A DNA stretch of 64,000 nt from an uncultured archaeon (lineage in GTDB: Archaea > Altiarchaeota > Altiarchaeia > IMC4 > SCGC-AAA252-I15): positions 184,196 to 248,195 of the forward strand of contig CABMCB010000071.1 of NCBI GenBank assembly GCA_902384455.1, given 5' to 3'. This document shows, piece after piece, positions 29,106 through 39,256 of the stretch. The first letter of the stretch is position 1. The number at the start of each line of letters is the position of its first letter. The position numbers and the translations under genes were made by a program. A model generated the notes under the pieces. That model was not told where the DNA came from. It ran no database searches and saw nothing but the letters and a program-made list of their open reading frames with translations.

Positions 29106-31316
29106 ATGAAGACGCTGTCCGTAGTCGTCCCTACTTACAACGAAGCCGAAAACGTCCGCCGCCTAATACCTCAAGTGGAAGACGTCTTCAAGAAAAACAG
29201 CATAGACGGCGAAATCATAATAGTAGACGACGCAAGCCCCGACGGCACGGCAGACTCGGCGGAAAAAGCCGGCAAAAAATACGGCAACGTACACGTCATA
29301 CGCCGCACAGAAGACCGCGGATACGGCTCAGCAGTCAAAGCAGGATTCGCCAAAGCAAAAGGCGAGTTCCTTATGATAATAGACGCCGACCTATCTCATA
29401 ACCCCCAAGAAATACCCTCATTCCTAAAAGCACTCAAACAAGCCGACCTCGTCATAGGAAGCAGATTCTCAGGCGGAGGAAAACTAGACGGCCGACTGGC
29501 CCGAAAAATATTCTCCGGCGGATACAACACAGTCGCAAGCATCCTATTCGGGGCTTCGGTGAAAGACATCACAAGCGGATACAGGGCCATGCGCAAAACG
29601 CTACTGGATGTTTGCCCCCCAAAGTCGGACGGCCCGGAAATACACAGTGAAGTCGTGTTGTCCGCTCTTGCCGCGGGGCTTAAGGTCAAGGAAATACCCA
29701 TTACGTATCGGGAGCGGGAGATTGGGCAGACCAAATTCAACTTCCTCGACATGGGCCCCAAGTACACCAAGATTCTGCTTCAGGCCGCATTAAAGCGCAT
29801 GTTGTTCCTGTTTTCCCCCCGGAGGACTGCGGCGTTGCTTGCCTACATCACAGTTGCGGCAGTGCTTCTTCGGCTGGTTCTTTCGCTTGTTGCTCCTGTC
29901 ACAGGAGACGCCACGTTTCATCTGTCAATTGTAAGGTTCATAACCCAACACGGATACTACCCCACGTTTGAATATCAGACAGGCGTAAACGCCCTATGGT
30001 GGCCTCCGTTCTTTTATGCGGCAACAAGCGTTCTTTATCTTACGACTGGTTTGATGAAGGAGTCTTCTTTGTTGTTTGGTTTATTCGGCTACTTTATGTT
30101 TCTGCTGCTTGTGCACAGGATTTACCCTAAAGACGGTAAGACATTGGTCGCCTCCGCGTTCGCCCTTGCTTTCCTGCCGTTTCACGCTTACTTCAGCGCA
30201 ATCGCCTACGTGGACACCGCGCTATTCTTCTTCTCGGCGTCAGTTGCTTACTTCTACTTCGAATATTTGGCGGGCGGAAAAAGAAGGGATTTAATTCTCG
30301 CACTCCTGTTTTCAGCCGCCGCAGCCCAAACGCACTATTACGGATTCGCCCCAATGATTGCTGTCACAGCCCACCGGTTTTTGCGCAAGCCTAAAGAAGC
30401 GGCGGCATTCGCTGTTTGCGGCCTAATCCTTGTTTCGCCTTGGTACATTAGAAACTACGAGGTGTTCGGAAACCCAATTTGGCCTAAGCTGTCTGGCGGA
30501 AATTACCCTGACGACCCGGCGGTAGTCAACATGCCGCTGTCCGGAGCCGTAATGTCGCTTGTTACCCCGCAAAGGTGGGTTGACGTTATGCTGGATTTTT
30601 GGGCGGGTCCTCCAAACAGCGGAGAAGACTTCTTTGCGCAGCTTAATCCTTTACGGGAACAGTATCCTGTACTCAACCTGCTTGTTGCCGCGTGGATTGC
30701 TGCGGTTGCGGCCGCAACATTGTTTATACTTCGTGGATTGTGGGGCATGATGAAGGAGAAACATGCGCAATACATCCTCCTGATTTTCGTTCTCAGCTTC
30801 ATCCCTTTCACATTGAACGGGCTTGCGCGTATGTTCGTCAACTTCATGCCTTTCGTGGCGCTGGGACTGGGCAGAGGCCTTGTTGAAACTTTTAGCGGCA
30901 AGAAACTTTTCATTGTCTGCCTCATTCTTGCGGTCGCTTTCGCGTCTGTCCCGATAGGTTACGCGTTCGTCTACCGCGCTCGGATTGAGCCTTCCATAAA
31001 TTTCTACGGTTTCGTTGATACTCTGCCTAAGGGATCAGTCGTCTTTAAGCCGTTTGACCAAAGCCACTGCCTTTACTACAGCAAAATACCTTGCTACCGA
31101 GTGGGAAGCGCCGGCCAGATACCTGACGGAGAATACGACAAAAACCTGTCCATACTAAGTGGGGCAAACGTGACTCACGTATGCTTCGACAGCCTGTACT
31201 TTACTGCGTTATCCGCGAAAGACAAGCGCCTTTATGACGTCCTGTCGAAAACAGAACCCGTAATCACATACGAGGAAGGAAGCTATTGGGGACGCTGCTT
31301 CAGCCTGCTACCATAG
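29106..31316 (+). CDS. GT2 (DPM1-like) fused to multi-TM GT-C/ArnT-like glycosyltransferase
   Basis: N-terminal PTYNE/DDASPDGT/DADLSH, then ~12 TM with GDATFH, WPPFF, PWYIRNY...GNP. Confidence 0.85.
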   Translation: MKTLSVVVPTYNEAENVRRLIPQVEDVFKKNSIDGEIIIVDDASPDGTADSAEKAGKKYGNVHVIRRTEDRGYGSAVKAGFAKAKGEFLMIIDADLSHNPQEIPSFLKALKQADLVIGSRFSGGGKLDGRLARKIFSGGYNTVASILFGASVKDITSGYRAMRKTLLDVCPPKSDGPEIHSEVVLSALAAGLKVKEIPITYREREIGQTKFNFLDMGPKYTKILLQAALKRMLFLFSPRRTAALLAYITVAAVLLRLVLSLVAPVTGDATFHLSIVRFITQHGYYPTFEYQTGVNALWWPPFFYAATSVLYLTTGLMKESSLLFGLFGYFMFLLLVHRIYPKDGKTLVASAFALAFLPFHAYFSAIAYVDTALFFFSASVAYFYFEYLAGGKRRDLILALLFSAAAAQTHYYGFAPMIAVTAHRFLRKPKEAAAFAVCGLILVSPWYIRNYEVFGNPIWPKLSGGNYPDDPAVVNMPLSGAVMSLVTPQRWVDVMLDFWAGPPNSGEDFFAQLNPLREQYPVLNLLVAAWIAAVAAATLFILRGLWGMMKEKHAQYILLIFVLSFIPFTLNGLARMFVNFMPFVALGLGRGLVETFSGKKLFIVCLILAVAFASVPIGYAFVYRARIEPSINFYGFVDTLPKGSVVFKPFDQSHCLYYSKIPCYRVGSAGQIPDGEYDKNLSILSGANVTHVCFDSLYFTALSAKDKRLYDVLSKTEPVITYEEGSYWGRCFSLLP

Positions 31317-31727
31317 AAGGCCAACGTAGGCGGCTCTTGCGGGTGAACGGCGTAAGCGCGACCGAACGTTCTTGAACAGCGCGTAGCACCTGAAAAAAAG
31401 TCGGATGCTCATTTTGTCGCAGAAGCTTAGGCCTACTGATTGAGCGACGACCAATTTGTTGTCTAAGCATCCTGCGTCTTTAAACAGGACTTCAGCGACT
31501 ACTCTTCCTTCTCTGGTTGTGCCTTGAGGAAGCCTTCCGCCCAGGATGACTGCGTCCGCGGGCATTCCGTCGCCGCCCAGTTCGCCCCAGACGAACCCGT
31601 AGTTAAATATTGTGGGCAAGGGCGAAGTGAGTTCCTTGACGAATCCTTTAGGTGTGGCCCGGTACTTTATGAAACTCCACTTTGGCGTTTCAACAGTTAT
31701 CATGACCTTCCTAGCTTCCACCCACAT
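31308..31727 (-). CDS. ppa: Inorganic diphosphatase (short family I type)
   Basis: VETPKWSFIKY, FNYGFV, GGDGMPADAV, DAGCLDNKLV. Confidence 0.8.
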   Translation of the reverse strand: MWVEARKVMITVETPKWSFIKYRATPKGFVKELTSPLPTIFNYGFVWGELGGDGMPADAVILGGRLPQGTTREGRVVAEVLFKDAGCLDNKLVVAQSVGLSFCDKMSIRLFFRCYALFKNVRSRLRRSPARAAYVGLLW

Positions 31728-31774
31728 ATTTAGAGGGTTGAAACGGAAATACATTAGACGATTTTAAACTACCC

Positions 31775-33436
31775 ATGAAATTCGCGGAACTGACCAAATT
31801 GTTCGACTCGCTGTCGGCGACCACCAAACGCCTTGAGATGACGAAGATAATCGCCGAATTCCTCGCAACAGTGCCGGAAAAAGACATTTCCGACGTAATG
31901 CTACTTTTGAAAGGCCGGCTATTCCCCGAATGGGACGACCGCGAACTGGGGGTCGCCGAGAAAATAATGGTGAAGGCGATAGCGGACACAAGCGGACTGA
32001 CTGAAAGCAAGGTCGACGATTTAATCCGGGAAACAGGCGACGTGGGGATTGCCGCCGCTAAGGCGCTGTCAAAGAAAACTCAGACGACGCTCTTTACGAA
32101 GGAGCTGACTGTGGAGTATCTTCTTGAAACTTTGCGGAAGTTTCCTTCGCTTCAGGGTAAGGGAAGCCAGGACCGCAAGCTCACCTCTCTTAAGGATCTT
32201 CTTTCGTCGGCTTCCGGGGAAGACGGAAAATACGTCGCCCGGCTTACGGTCGGCGAACTACGGCTGGGAGTAGGCGAAGGAATACTTAGAGACGCAGTCT
32301 CGCAGGCGTACGGCATAAACCCGGACCTAGTAGAGCACGCCCTAAACTTGACTTGCGACATAGGATACGTGGCTTCTCTTGCAAAGAAAGGCGGGACGGA
32401 AGCTCTCGAAAAAGTGACTCTCGTCCCCGGAAAACCAATGAAAGTGATGCTTGCGCAAAAAGCGTCAGGCATAGAAGGCGCACTCGAAGAACTTAAGGGG
32501 ACGGCGGCGTTCGAAGTGAAATACGACGGAGCCAGAATACAAATCCACAAGCAAGGCGACTCAATCACCCTGTTTACCCGACGGCTTGAGGACGTCACAA
32601 AACAATTCCCCGAAGTGGTTGCAGCATCAAAAACCCAAATCAAAGCTAAGACCGCAATCGTCGAAGGAGAAATGGTCGCAATCTCAGACACAACCGTGCG
32701 CAGACCGCGCCCCTTCCAAGACCTCTCCCGCAGAATCAAAAGGAAGTACGACGTAGAGAAAATCCAGAAGGAAATCCCAGTGGAAGTCAACCTCTTCGAC
32801 GCACTCCTACTTGACCACAAAATACTCCTTACCACACCCTTCATCGAGCGCCGAAAAACCCTCGCCTCAATAATAGAAGAAACCCCAGACTTCCGCCTAG
32901 CCCAACAACTCATAACAAGCGACGCCAAACAAGCAGACGAATTCTACAAAAAATCATTAGCATTAGGCCACGAAGGAGTCATGGCCAAAAACCTAACCGC
33001 AAACTACGTCCCAGGAAGCAGAGTCGGCAACATGTACAAAGTAAAACCCATAATGGAGACGCTCGACCTCGTAATAACCGGCGCAACATGGGGGGAAGGC
33101 CGCCGCGCAAGCTGGCTGGGAAGCTTCTTACTCTCCGCATACGACATTGAAGAGGGGATGTTCAAGACTATGGGGCGGATGGCAACCGGAATAACGGACG
33201 AGCAACTGCAGGAAATAACCGACATATTGAAGCCCACCATACGCCGTCAGGAAGGAAAGGAATGCGTCCTCGAACCAACCACCGTCGTGGAAGTCGCATT
33301 CGAGGAAATACAGAAAAGCCCAACATACGAAAGCGGATACGCGCTACGGTTCCCCAGACTCGTAAGAATAAGAGCAGACAGAGGGCCGCAGGAGGCGGAC
33401 ACGCTCAAAAGAATAGAAGAGATGGTGAAAGGATAA
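31775..33436 (+). CDS. lig: ATP-dependent DNA ligase
   Basis: EVKYDGARIQIH, VEGE, FDAL, EGVMAK, LRFPR. Confidence 0.98.
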   Translation: MKFAELTKLFDSLSATTKRLEMTKIIAEFLATVPEKDISDVMLLLKGRLFPEWDDRELGVAEKIMVKAIADTSGLTESKVDDLIRETGDVGIAAAKALSKKTQTTLFTKELTVEYLLETLRKFPSLQGKGSQDRKLTSLKDLLSSASGEDGKYVARLTVGELRLGVGEGILRDAVSQAYGINPDLVEHALNLTCDIGYVASLAKKGGTEALEKVTLVPGKPMKVMLAQKASGIEGALEELKGTAAFEVKYDGARIQIHKQGDSITLFTRRLEDVTKQFPEVVAASKTQIKAKTAIVEGEMVAISDTTVRRPRPFQDLSRRIKRKYDVEKIQKEIPVEVNLFDALLLDHKILLTTPFIERRKTLASIIEETPDFRLAQQLITSDAKQADEFYKKSLALGHEGVMAKNLTANYVPGSRVGNMYKVKPIMETLDLVITGATWGEGRRASWLGSFLLSAYDIEEGMFKTMGRMATGITDEQLQEITDILKPTIRRQEGKECVLEPTTVVEVAFEEIQKSPTYESGYALRFPRLVRIRADRGPQEADTLKRIEEMVKG

Positions 33437-33480
33437 GCGATACCCGAATTATTATGCCTTAAATTTTATAGTAAAATGGT

Positions 33481-34320
33481 ATGAACGGGTTTGATATCCC
33501 TATTTTTGTTAAGTGGGCTGGTGGTAAATCGCAGTTGTTGAGCCAGTTTGAGCCGTATTTTCCCGACGTATTTAGTGGATATTTTGAGCCGTTTCTGGGT
33601 GGTGGGGCGGTTTTCTATTATGTCAAACAGAAGTATTCACCTGAGCGGATAGTTCTCTCTGACTCCAATAAAATCCTTATCGACTGCTACATCAACGTAA
33701 GGGACTCTGTCGAGGATTTGATAGAATTGCTTAAGGTTCACCAGAAAAACCACTCCGAGAGATACTACTACAAAATACGGGACACGTTCAACGCAAGGTT
33801 AGGCGGCATAGACGAGTCCTCCATGTTCTTGTATCTGAACAAGACCTGCTTCAATGGATTATACCGGGAAAACTCCAAGGGAGAATTCAACGTCCCCTTC
33901 GGGAAATACAAAAATCCGAACATAGTAAACGAAGAAGCCCTAAAAAAAGCCAGCGAATTGCTCCAAGGCGTGGATATAGTCCTAAGAGACTTTGAGGACA
34001 TAGAAGGTAAAGTTACGGGCGAAGACCTTGTTTACTTTGACCCACCATATCATCCATTATCTGAAACCTCAAGTTTCACAGGCTACACAAACGGCTGTTT
34101 TACCGACAAAGACCAAGTACGATTAAGCCGGCTGTATAAGGAATTGGACAAGGAAGGGGCTAAACTAAAACTGAGCAACAGCGATACACCCCTTATTCGA
34201 GAACTGTTTGACGGCTACAATATCCAAGTCGTCAAGGCTAGGAGAAACATTAACTGCAAAGGCAATGGACGCGGAAAAATCAACGAATTGTTGATTCTAA
34301 ATTACGAAACAAATAACTGA
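33481..34320 (+). CDS. Dam/DpnM-type GATC adenine methyltransferase
   Basis: KWAGGK, EPFLGGG, LNKTCFNGLYREN..GEFNVPFG, DPPY. Confidence 0.95.
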   Translation: MNGFDIPIFVKWAGGKSQLLSQFEPYFPDVFSGYFEPFLGGGAVFYYVKQKYSPERIVLSDSNKILIDCYINVRDSVEDLIELLKVHQKNHSERYYYKIRDTFNARLGGIDESSMFLYLNKTCFNGLYRENSKGEFNVPFGKYKNPNIVNEEALKKASELLQGVDIVLRDFEDIEGKVTGEDLVYFDPPYHPLSETSSFTGYTNGCFTDKDQVRLSRLYKELDKEGAKLKLSNSDTPLIRELFDGYNIQVVKARRNINCKGNGRGKINELLILNYETNN

Positions 34321-35249
34321 TGATGGCTCTACAATTCTACAAAAACTACCTACCGGTTCAGACCTTGGATGACGTAGCCCAAAATTTTAGAAAAACTTTA
34401 GTCCCGACAAACCGTTCATCTGAATTCTTTGTAGACTGGAAAAAAATACGGGAAAATGTAGATTCTATAAAAACTGAACTAGCTCTGTGGGATAGCCTCA
34501 TCAACTCTAAGTCAATAAAATCGGATTACGCAAAGCTGATAGCAGACTACCCGGAAGTACTCAAGACAATGCCTATTCTCCTGGCTATCCGGGAGGTTGA
34601 ATTCCCGGTTATTACCGATTTCTTTAGTCCGGATGAAGCCATAAAGACGTACAATTTCAGTAGGAAAAAAGGGGATACGCTAACTAAAGAAGAGGTTGAA
34701 GAATTCACCGCTTTCGCTGAAAAATCGGGCGTTTTACCCCTATTCTCAAACGTAAGGAATTTCCACGACTATGTGATGGGCGTTGAGGTTGGGATGGATA
34801 CCAACGCCAGGAAAAATCGAAGCGGCGATGCTATGGAGCTAGCGATAAAACCCCTCGTTGAGAAACTTTCAAAGTCGATGAAATTCGACTTCCTATTCCA
34901 AAGGACATTCGGACATGCCCAAGAAAAATATGGCGTATCTGCCCCAACCGAGTTGGTAAATCGCAAATCCGATTTCATAATCCATAAAGGCGGCAAACTC
35001 GTAAACATAGAGGTAAACTACTACTCCGGCTCAGGGTCAAAACCTGAAGAAATAGTCGACTCCTACATTAACCGCCGAAATGAGCTAATAAGTAAAAAAT
35101 GGGCTTTCATCTGGATAACCGACGGAGACGTCTGGAACACATCCCACAACCAGTTAAAGAAAGGTTTTGATAAGCTAGATTACCTTCTAAATCTAGACTT
35201 CATAAAGAAGGGGATGTTAGAGGGGGCGCTTAGAGAAGTGCTAAAATAA
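34320..35249 (+). CDS. DpnII-family type II restriction endonuclease
   Basis: FFVDWKKI, GVEVGMDTNARKNRSG, IEVNYYSGSGSK, FIWITDG. Confidence 0.93.
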   Translation: MMALQFYKNYLPVQTLDDVAQNFRKTLVPTNRSSEFFVDWKKIRENVDSIKTELALWDSLINSKSIKSDYAKLIADYPEVLKTMPILLAIREVEFPVITDFFSPDEAIKTYNFSRKKGDTLTKEEVEEFTAFAEKSGVLPLFSNVRNFHDYVMGVEVGMDTNARKNRSGDAMELAIKPLVEKLSKSMKFDFLFQRTFGHAQEKYGVSAPTELVNRKSDFIIHKGGKLVNIEVNYYSGSGSKPEEIVDSYINRRNELISKKWAFIWITDGDVWNTSHNQLKKGFDKLDYLLNLDFIKKGMLEGALREVLK

Positions 35250-35283
35250 GCCCTTAAATTTCCGTTTTCAATAGATATGTGGG

Positions 35284-36177
35284 ATGGTTGGAGACGACTA
35301 TGTTTCTATGCGGGAGGTCAAGAATTCTACATACAAATCAGCCAAGATAGGCGACTCCACCGTATCCGAAAAGAAAGAGGTTAAGATTCTCCAACCCAAG
35401 GACTTCGAGCTCCAATACACAACAGTTTGGTCTTTCCCCAAACGGGGCGAATGGGCTACACACAAGGGAGATTACCGGGGCAACTGGGCACCAGAGATTC
35501 CAAGAAACCTAATACTACGCTACTCCAAACAAGGAGATACAGTCTTGGACCAGATGGTCGGAGGCGGAACTACCTTAATTGAATGTAAACTACTTGGACG
35601 AAATGGCATAGGAGTTGACATAAATCCAGACGCTATCATGATAACCCATGATAGGCTGAAATTTGACTCAATAGATGAAAACTTCCCAAAAACAGAACAG
35701 AAAACCTATGTTGGAGATGCCAGAAACCTAGACCTAATAAAAGATGAGTCAATAGACTTCATAGCCACCCACCCGCCCTATCTGAACATCATCCCATACA
35801 CTCAACAACGGATCAAAGGCGATTTATCCTCAGTCCACAGCTTGGACGAATTCATAGAAGAGATGAAGATTGTAGCAAAGGAGAGTTTCCGAGTTCTCAT
35901 ACCTGACAAGTATTGCGGGATACTAATCGGAGATACCCGAAGACATAAGCACTATATCCCTGTCTCCGTAAGGGTGTTGTCTGCTTTTCTGGAAGCGGGA
36001 TTCATACTCAAAGAAGATGTCACAAAGCAACAATGGAACGTTAAGACAACCGGCTACTGGGCAGGAAAATCTAAAAAATCCAACTTTCTCCTGATAATGC
36101 ACGAACACCTCTACATATTCAGAAAACCCGAGAAGGGCGAAAAAACTGGAAAATTCAGGGACAGTATGAAAGCCTGA
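35284..36177 (+). CDS. N4/N6 DNA methyltransferase
   Basis: YRGNWAP, VLDQMVGGGTT, THPPY, HEHLYIFRK; adjacent to the R-M pair. Confidence 0.88.
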   Translation: MVGDDYVSMREVKNSTYKSAKIGDSTVSEKKEVKILQPKDFELQYTTVWSFPKRGEWATHKGDYRGNWAPEIPRNLILRYSKQGDTVLDQMVGGGTTLIECKLLGRNGIGVDINPDAIMITHDRLKFDSIDENFPKTEQKTYVGDARNLDLIKDESIDFIATHPPYLNIIPYTQQRIKGDLSSVHSLDEFIEEMKIVAKESFRVLIPDKYCGILIGDTRRHKHYIPVSVRVLSAFLEAGFILKEDVTKQQWNVKTTGYWAGKSKKSNFLLIMHEHLYIFRKPEKGEKTGKFRDSMKA

Positions 36178-36260
36178 ACCAAGTCAGTGTTGATTCATGC
36201 TATGTTTTGGTGATTAGTTGCCCAGACCCTTTTTATACCTTTTTGCCTGTACTTCTTATT

Positions 36261-36998
36261 ATGGACGTTAAGGATAGGGTTGTCATTGTGACTGGGGCTT
36301 CGTCGGGTATTGGGCTTGCGACCGCTAAGTTGTTTGCTAGCCTGGGGGCGAAGGTGGTTTTGGCTTCGCGTTCTGAAGACAAGATTCGGCAGCTTAGTAA
36401 GGAAATTCCAGGTTCATTTGCGGTGCCCACCGACATGACAAACGCCAGCTCAATCAAAAACCTCGTAGACATGACGCTCCACAGGTTCAAGGGGTTGGAC
36501 ATACTCATAAACAACGCGGGGCAGGGAATGTACTCTCCCATAGAAAACATAGACGTCTCCCAGTACCGCCACATAATAGAACTAAATCTTGTCGGCCCGC
36601 TTCTTGCCATGCAGGCGGTAATCCCAGTCATGAGAAAGCACGGCGGCGGAATGATAGTCAACATAAGCAGCGGAACATCCAAAATGTACCTGCCTTACGT
36701 CGGAGGATACGCTTCCACCAAGTACGCATTAAACTGCATCTCTCTTACCGCAAGAAAAGAACTGGAGAAAGACAAAATCATAGTGAGCGTAGTCCACCCC
36801 TACATCACCGAAACCAACTTCATGAAAAACAGCCTACGGCCCGCGCAGGCGCCCGCTCCACAGTTCCACCCGCGAAGCAACGAAAACAATCCCAAGCCGG
36901 ACACGGCGGAAAAAGTGGCGGAAAAAATATTGGAGACCGTTGAGACCGAGAAGGCCGAGGTCATGGTTCACGAGTGGATTAACCGGTCTTCAGAGTAA
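36261..36998 (+). CDS. Short-chain dehydrogenase/reductase
   Basis: TGASSGIG, NNAG, YASTK; start reassigned to ATG 36261. Confidence 0.95.
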   Translation: MDVKDRVVIVTGASSGIGLATAKLFASLGAKVVLASRSEDKIRQLSKEIPGSFAVPTDMTNASSIKNLVDMTLHRFKGLDILINNAGQGMYSPIENIDVSQYRHIIELNLVGPLLAMQAVIPVMRKHGGGMIVNISSGTSKMYLPYVGGYASTKYALNCISLTARKELEKDKIIVSVVHPYITETNFMKNSLRPAQAPAPQFHPRSNENNPKPDTAEKVAEKILETVETEKAEVMVHEWINRSSE

Positions 36999-37044
36999 AA
37001 GACGGCTCTTTAACTGCGGCCGCAATTAAATTTAGACTTCGCTT

Positions 37045-37986
37045 ATGACCGATGTTTCTCTCGCCAAATGCGGCTCATACGACCAAGAGAAAGTCGATGC
37101 AGCAGTAAAAGCAGTAATGAAGCCGCTTGGCGGATTCAAAGCTTTCTTCAAGAAAAACGAGAAAGTCCTCCTTAAGCCTAATCTGCTTAGAGGCTGTCCG
37201 CCTGAAGCCGCAGTCACAACTCATCCCGCAGTCGTCGACGCTGTGGCAAGAGCGCTTATTGATTTGAAGTGCGAGGTTTCTTTGGGCGACAGCAGCTTCT
37301 TCGGCAGTACGCGAAAAACGGCCGAAGCAGCGGGACTGGCGGAAGTCTGCGACAGGCTTGGTGTTCCAATAGTGGACTTAAGGAAGGGGAAGAAGGTCAA
37401 ATTCAAAAACGGAATAATGCCGTCGCTAACTCTGGGGAAGGCCGCGTTGGAGGCGGACGCGATACTCAATCTGCCGAAGCTTAAGACGCACAGCCAGATG
37501 TACTACACGTGCGCAGTCAAAAACCTTTTCGGCTGCGTTTCCGGACCCAAAAAGGGATTGCTTCATCTGACGCTTGCTGACGCAGAAGCATTCTCCCAGA
37601 TGCTGTTGGACATAAACTCTGTGATAAAGCCGCGCCTGAATCTCGTTGACGCGGTGATAGGCATGGAAGGTGCGGGCCCTGCCAGAGGAACTCCTAAGAA
37701 GGCGGGTTTTATTGCTGCCGGAAATTCGACGCTTGCGGTGGACTGGGTGACGTCTGGTTTGGTGGGGTTGGACCGCAACAAAATATTCTACCTTACTCAG
37801 GCGCAAAAAAGAAGCGAATTCAAATTCAATCCCATAGACGTCAAGGTGGTCGGCGTAGAACCCGCCAAGCTTAAAATCCCCGCGTTCAAACCTGCAGGAC
37901 TGGTTTCTGTGGAGACTATGCCTATTTTCGTAAGCCGCTTCAGCCGCCTGATTAGAAGAAGCGGAATATTCAATCCGCTAACTTAA
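37045..37986 (+). CDS. DUF362 domain protein
   Basis: VLLKPNLL, TTHP, NLPKLKTH, VKNLFG, GMEGAGP. Confidence 0.92.
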   Translation: MTDVSLAKCGSYDQEKVDAAVKAVMKPLGGFKAFFKKNEKVLLKPNLLRGCPPEAAVTTHPAVVDAVARALIDLKCEVSLGDSSFFGSTRKTAEAAGLAEVCDRLGVPIVDLRKGKKVKFKNGIMPSLTLGKAALEADAILNLPKLKTHSQMYYTCAVKNLFGCVSGPKKGLLHLTLADAEAFSQMLLDINSVIKPRLNLVDAVIGMEGAGPARGTPKKAGFIAAGNSTLAVDWVTSGLVGLDRNKIFYLTQAQKRSEFKFNPIDVKVVGVEPAKLKIPAFKPAGLVSVETMPIFVSRFSRLIRRSGIFNPLT

Positions 37987-38023
37987 ACGCCGTTTTAATT
38001 CACGCCGGAGTAATAAGCAACTG

Positions 38024-38830
38024 ATGCCCGCTAAAAAATCCCCCAAAAAAGTTGCGAAAAAGTCTGCCGCTAAACCTGCGTCAAAAGCGAAGAAGACCCT
38101 CAAGCCGGCGAAAAAATCCGCGAAACCGGCGAAAAAACCAGTCAAATCGGCCGTCAAACCGTCCGATAAACCTTCGGCAGGCAAGTTGAGCGAGGCGGAG
38201 CGCATCTCGGAAATCGTCCGGCTTCTTAGGCGGGGATACAAGAACATCAAGATTGCTTTGCACTACAACACGCCCCTAGACCTACTCATCGCAGTGATGC
38301 TTTCTGCGCAGTGCACGGACAAGCAAGTGAACATAGTCACCGAAACACTATTCAAGAAGTACCGCAGCGCACGCGACTACGCGGAAGCATACCTTCCCGA
38401 ACTCGAAGAAGAAGTGAAGTCAACCGGATTCTACCACCAGAAAGCCAAAAACATACAGGAAACATGCCGCATACTCGTGGAAAAACACAACGGAGACGTA
38501 CCCCACACGATGCCAGAACTAATAGAGCTACCGGGAGTCGCAAGAAAAACCGCAAACATCGTACTATCAAGCGCATTCAACATAAACGACGGAATAGCAG
38601 TAGACACACACGTAGGCCGACTAAGCCAGCGCATGGGATTCTCAAAGAACTCGGACCCAGACAAAATAGAGCAGGACCTCATGAAACTATTCCCCCGCGC
38701 CAACTGGAACCTAATCACATACCTCCTCATAGAACACGGCCGCGCCATATGCAAGGCGCCTACGCCAAGCTGCAGCGAATGCGCGCTTTCCGAATTATGC
38801 CCTAAAGTAGGCGTCTTAAAAAGCAAGTGA
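38024..38830 (+). CDS. nth: Endonuclease III with Lys/Ala/Pro-rich N-terminal tail
   Basis: LSAQCTD, LPGVARKTAN, AVDTHV, HGR..CX6CX2CX5C. Confidence 0.96.
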   Translation: MPAKKSPKKVAKKSAAKPASKAKKTLKPAKKSAKPAKKPVKSAVKPSDKPSAGKLSEAERISEIVRLLRRGYKNIKIALHYNTPLDLLIAVMLSAQCTDKQVNIVTETLFKKYRSARDYAEAYLPELEEEVKSTGFYHQKAKNIQETCRILVEKHNGDVPHTMPELIELPGVARKTANIVLSSAFNINDGIAVDTHVGRLSQRMGFSKNSDPDKIEQDLMKLFPRANWNLITYLLIEHGRAICKAPTPSCSECALSELCPKVGVLKSK

Positions 38831-38833
38831 AAC

Positions 38834-39256
38834 ATGAAGGCGAAAGACGTCTGCAAGCCTGATTCGGACGAAGCGCCAAAAGGATGGGTTCGGCCTATCT
38901 ACGTTGTTCAGGAGCATGATGCTTCGAGGTTGCATTGGGATTTGCGTTTGGAGAAGGATTGCGTATTGAAAAGTTGGGCTGTGACTAAGGAGCCTCCTGT
39001 TGAGGAAGGCGTAAGGCGTCTTGCGGTTGCGGTCGAAGACCACGCGCTTTCATACGCGTCGTTCGAAGGCATAATACCTGAAGGGAACTACGGCGCGGGG
39101 CCGGTTCGAATCTGGGACAAAGGCACATTCACGGAAGAAGAGTGGACGGAAAGTAAAATCGTAGTGAAAATCAAAGGCCAAAAGATTAATGGAAAATACG
39201 TCCTCATAAAACTCAAGGACGGAAAGAACTGGCTCTTTTTCAAGGGGAAGCAATGA
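38834..39256 (+). CDS. Stand-alone LigD 3'-phosphoesterase module
   Basis: VVQEHDASRLHWDLRLE, LKSWAV, RLAVAVEDH, FEGIIP..YGAG. Confidence 0.93.
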   Translation: MKAKDVCKPDSDEAPKGWVRPIYVVQEHDASRLHWDLRLEKDCVLKSWAVTKEPPVEEGVRRLAVAVEDHALSYASFEGIIPEGNYGAGPVRIWDKGTFTEEEWTESKIVVKIKGQKINGKYVLIKLKDGKNWLFFKGKQ

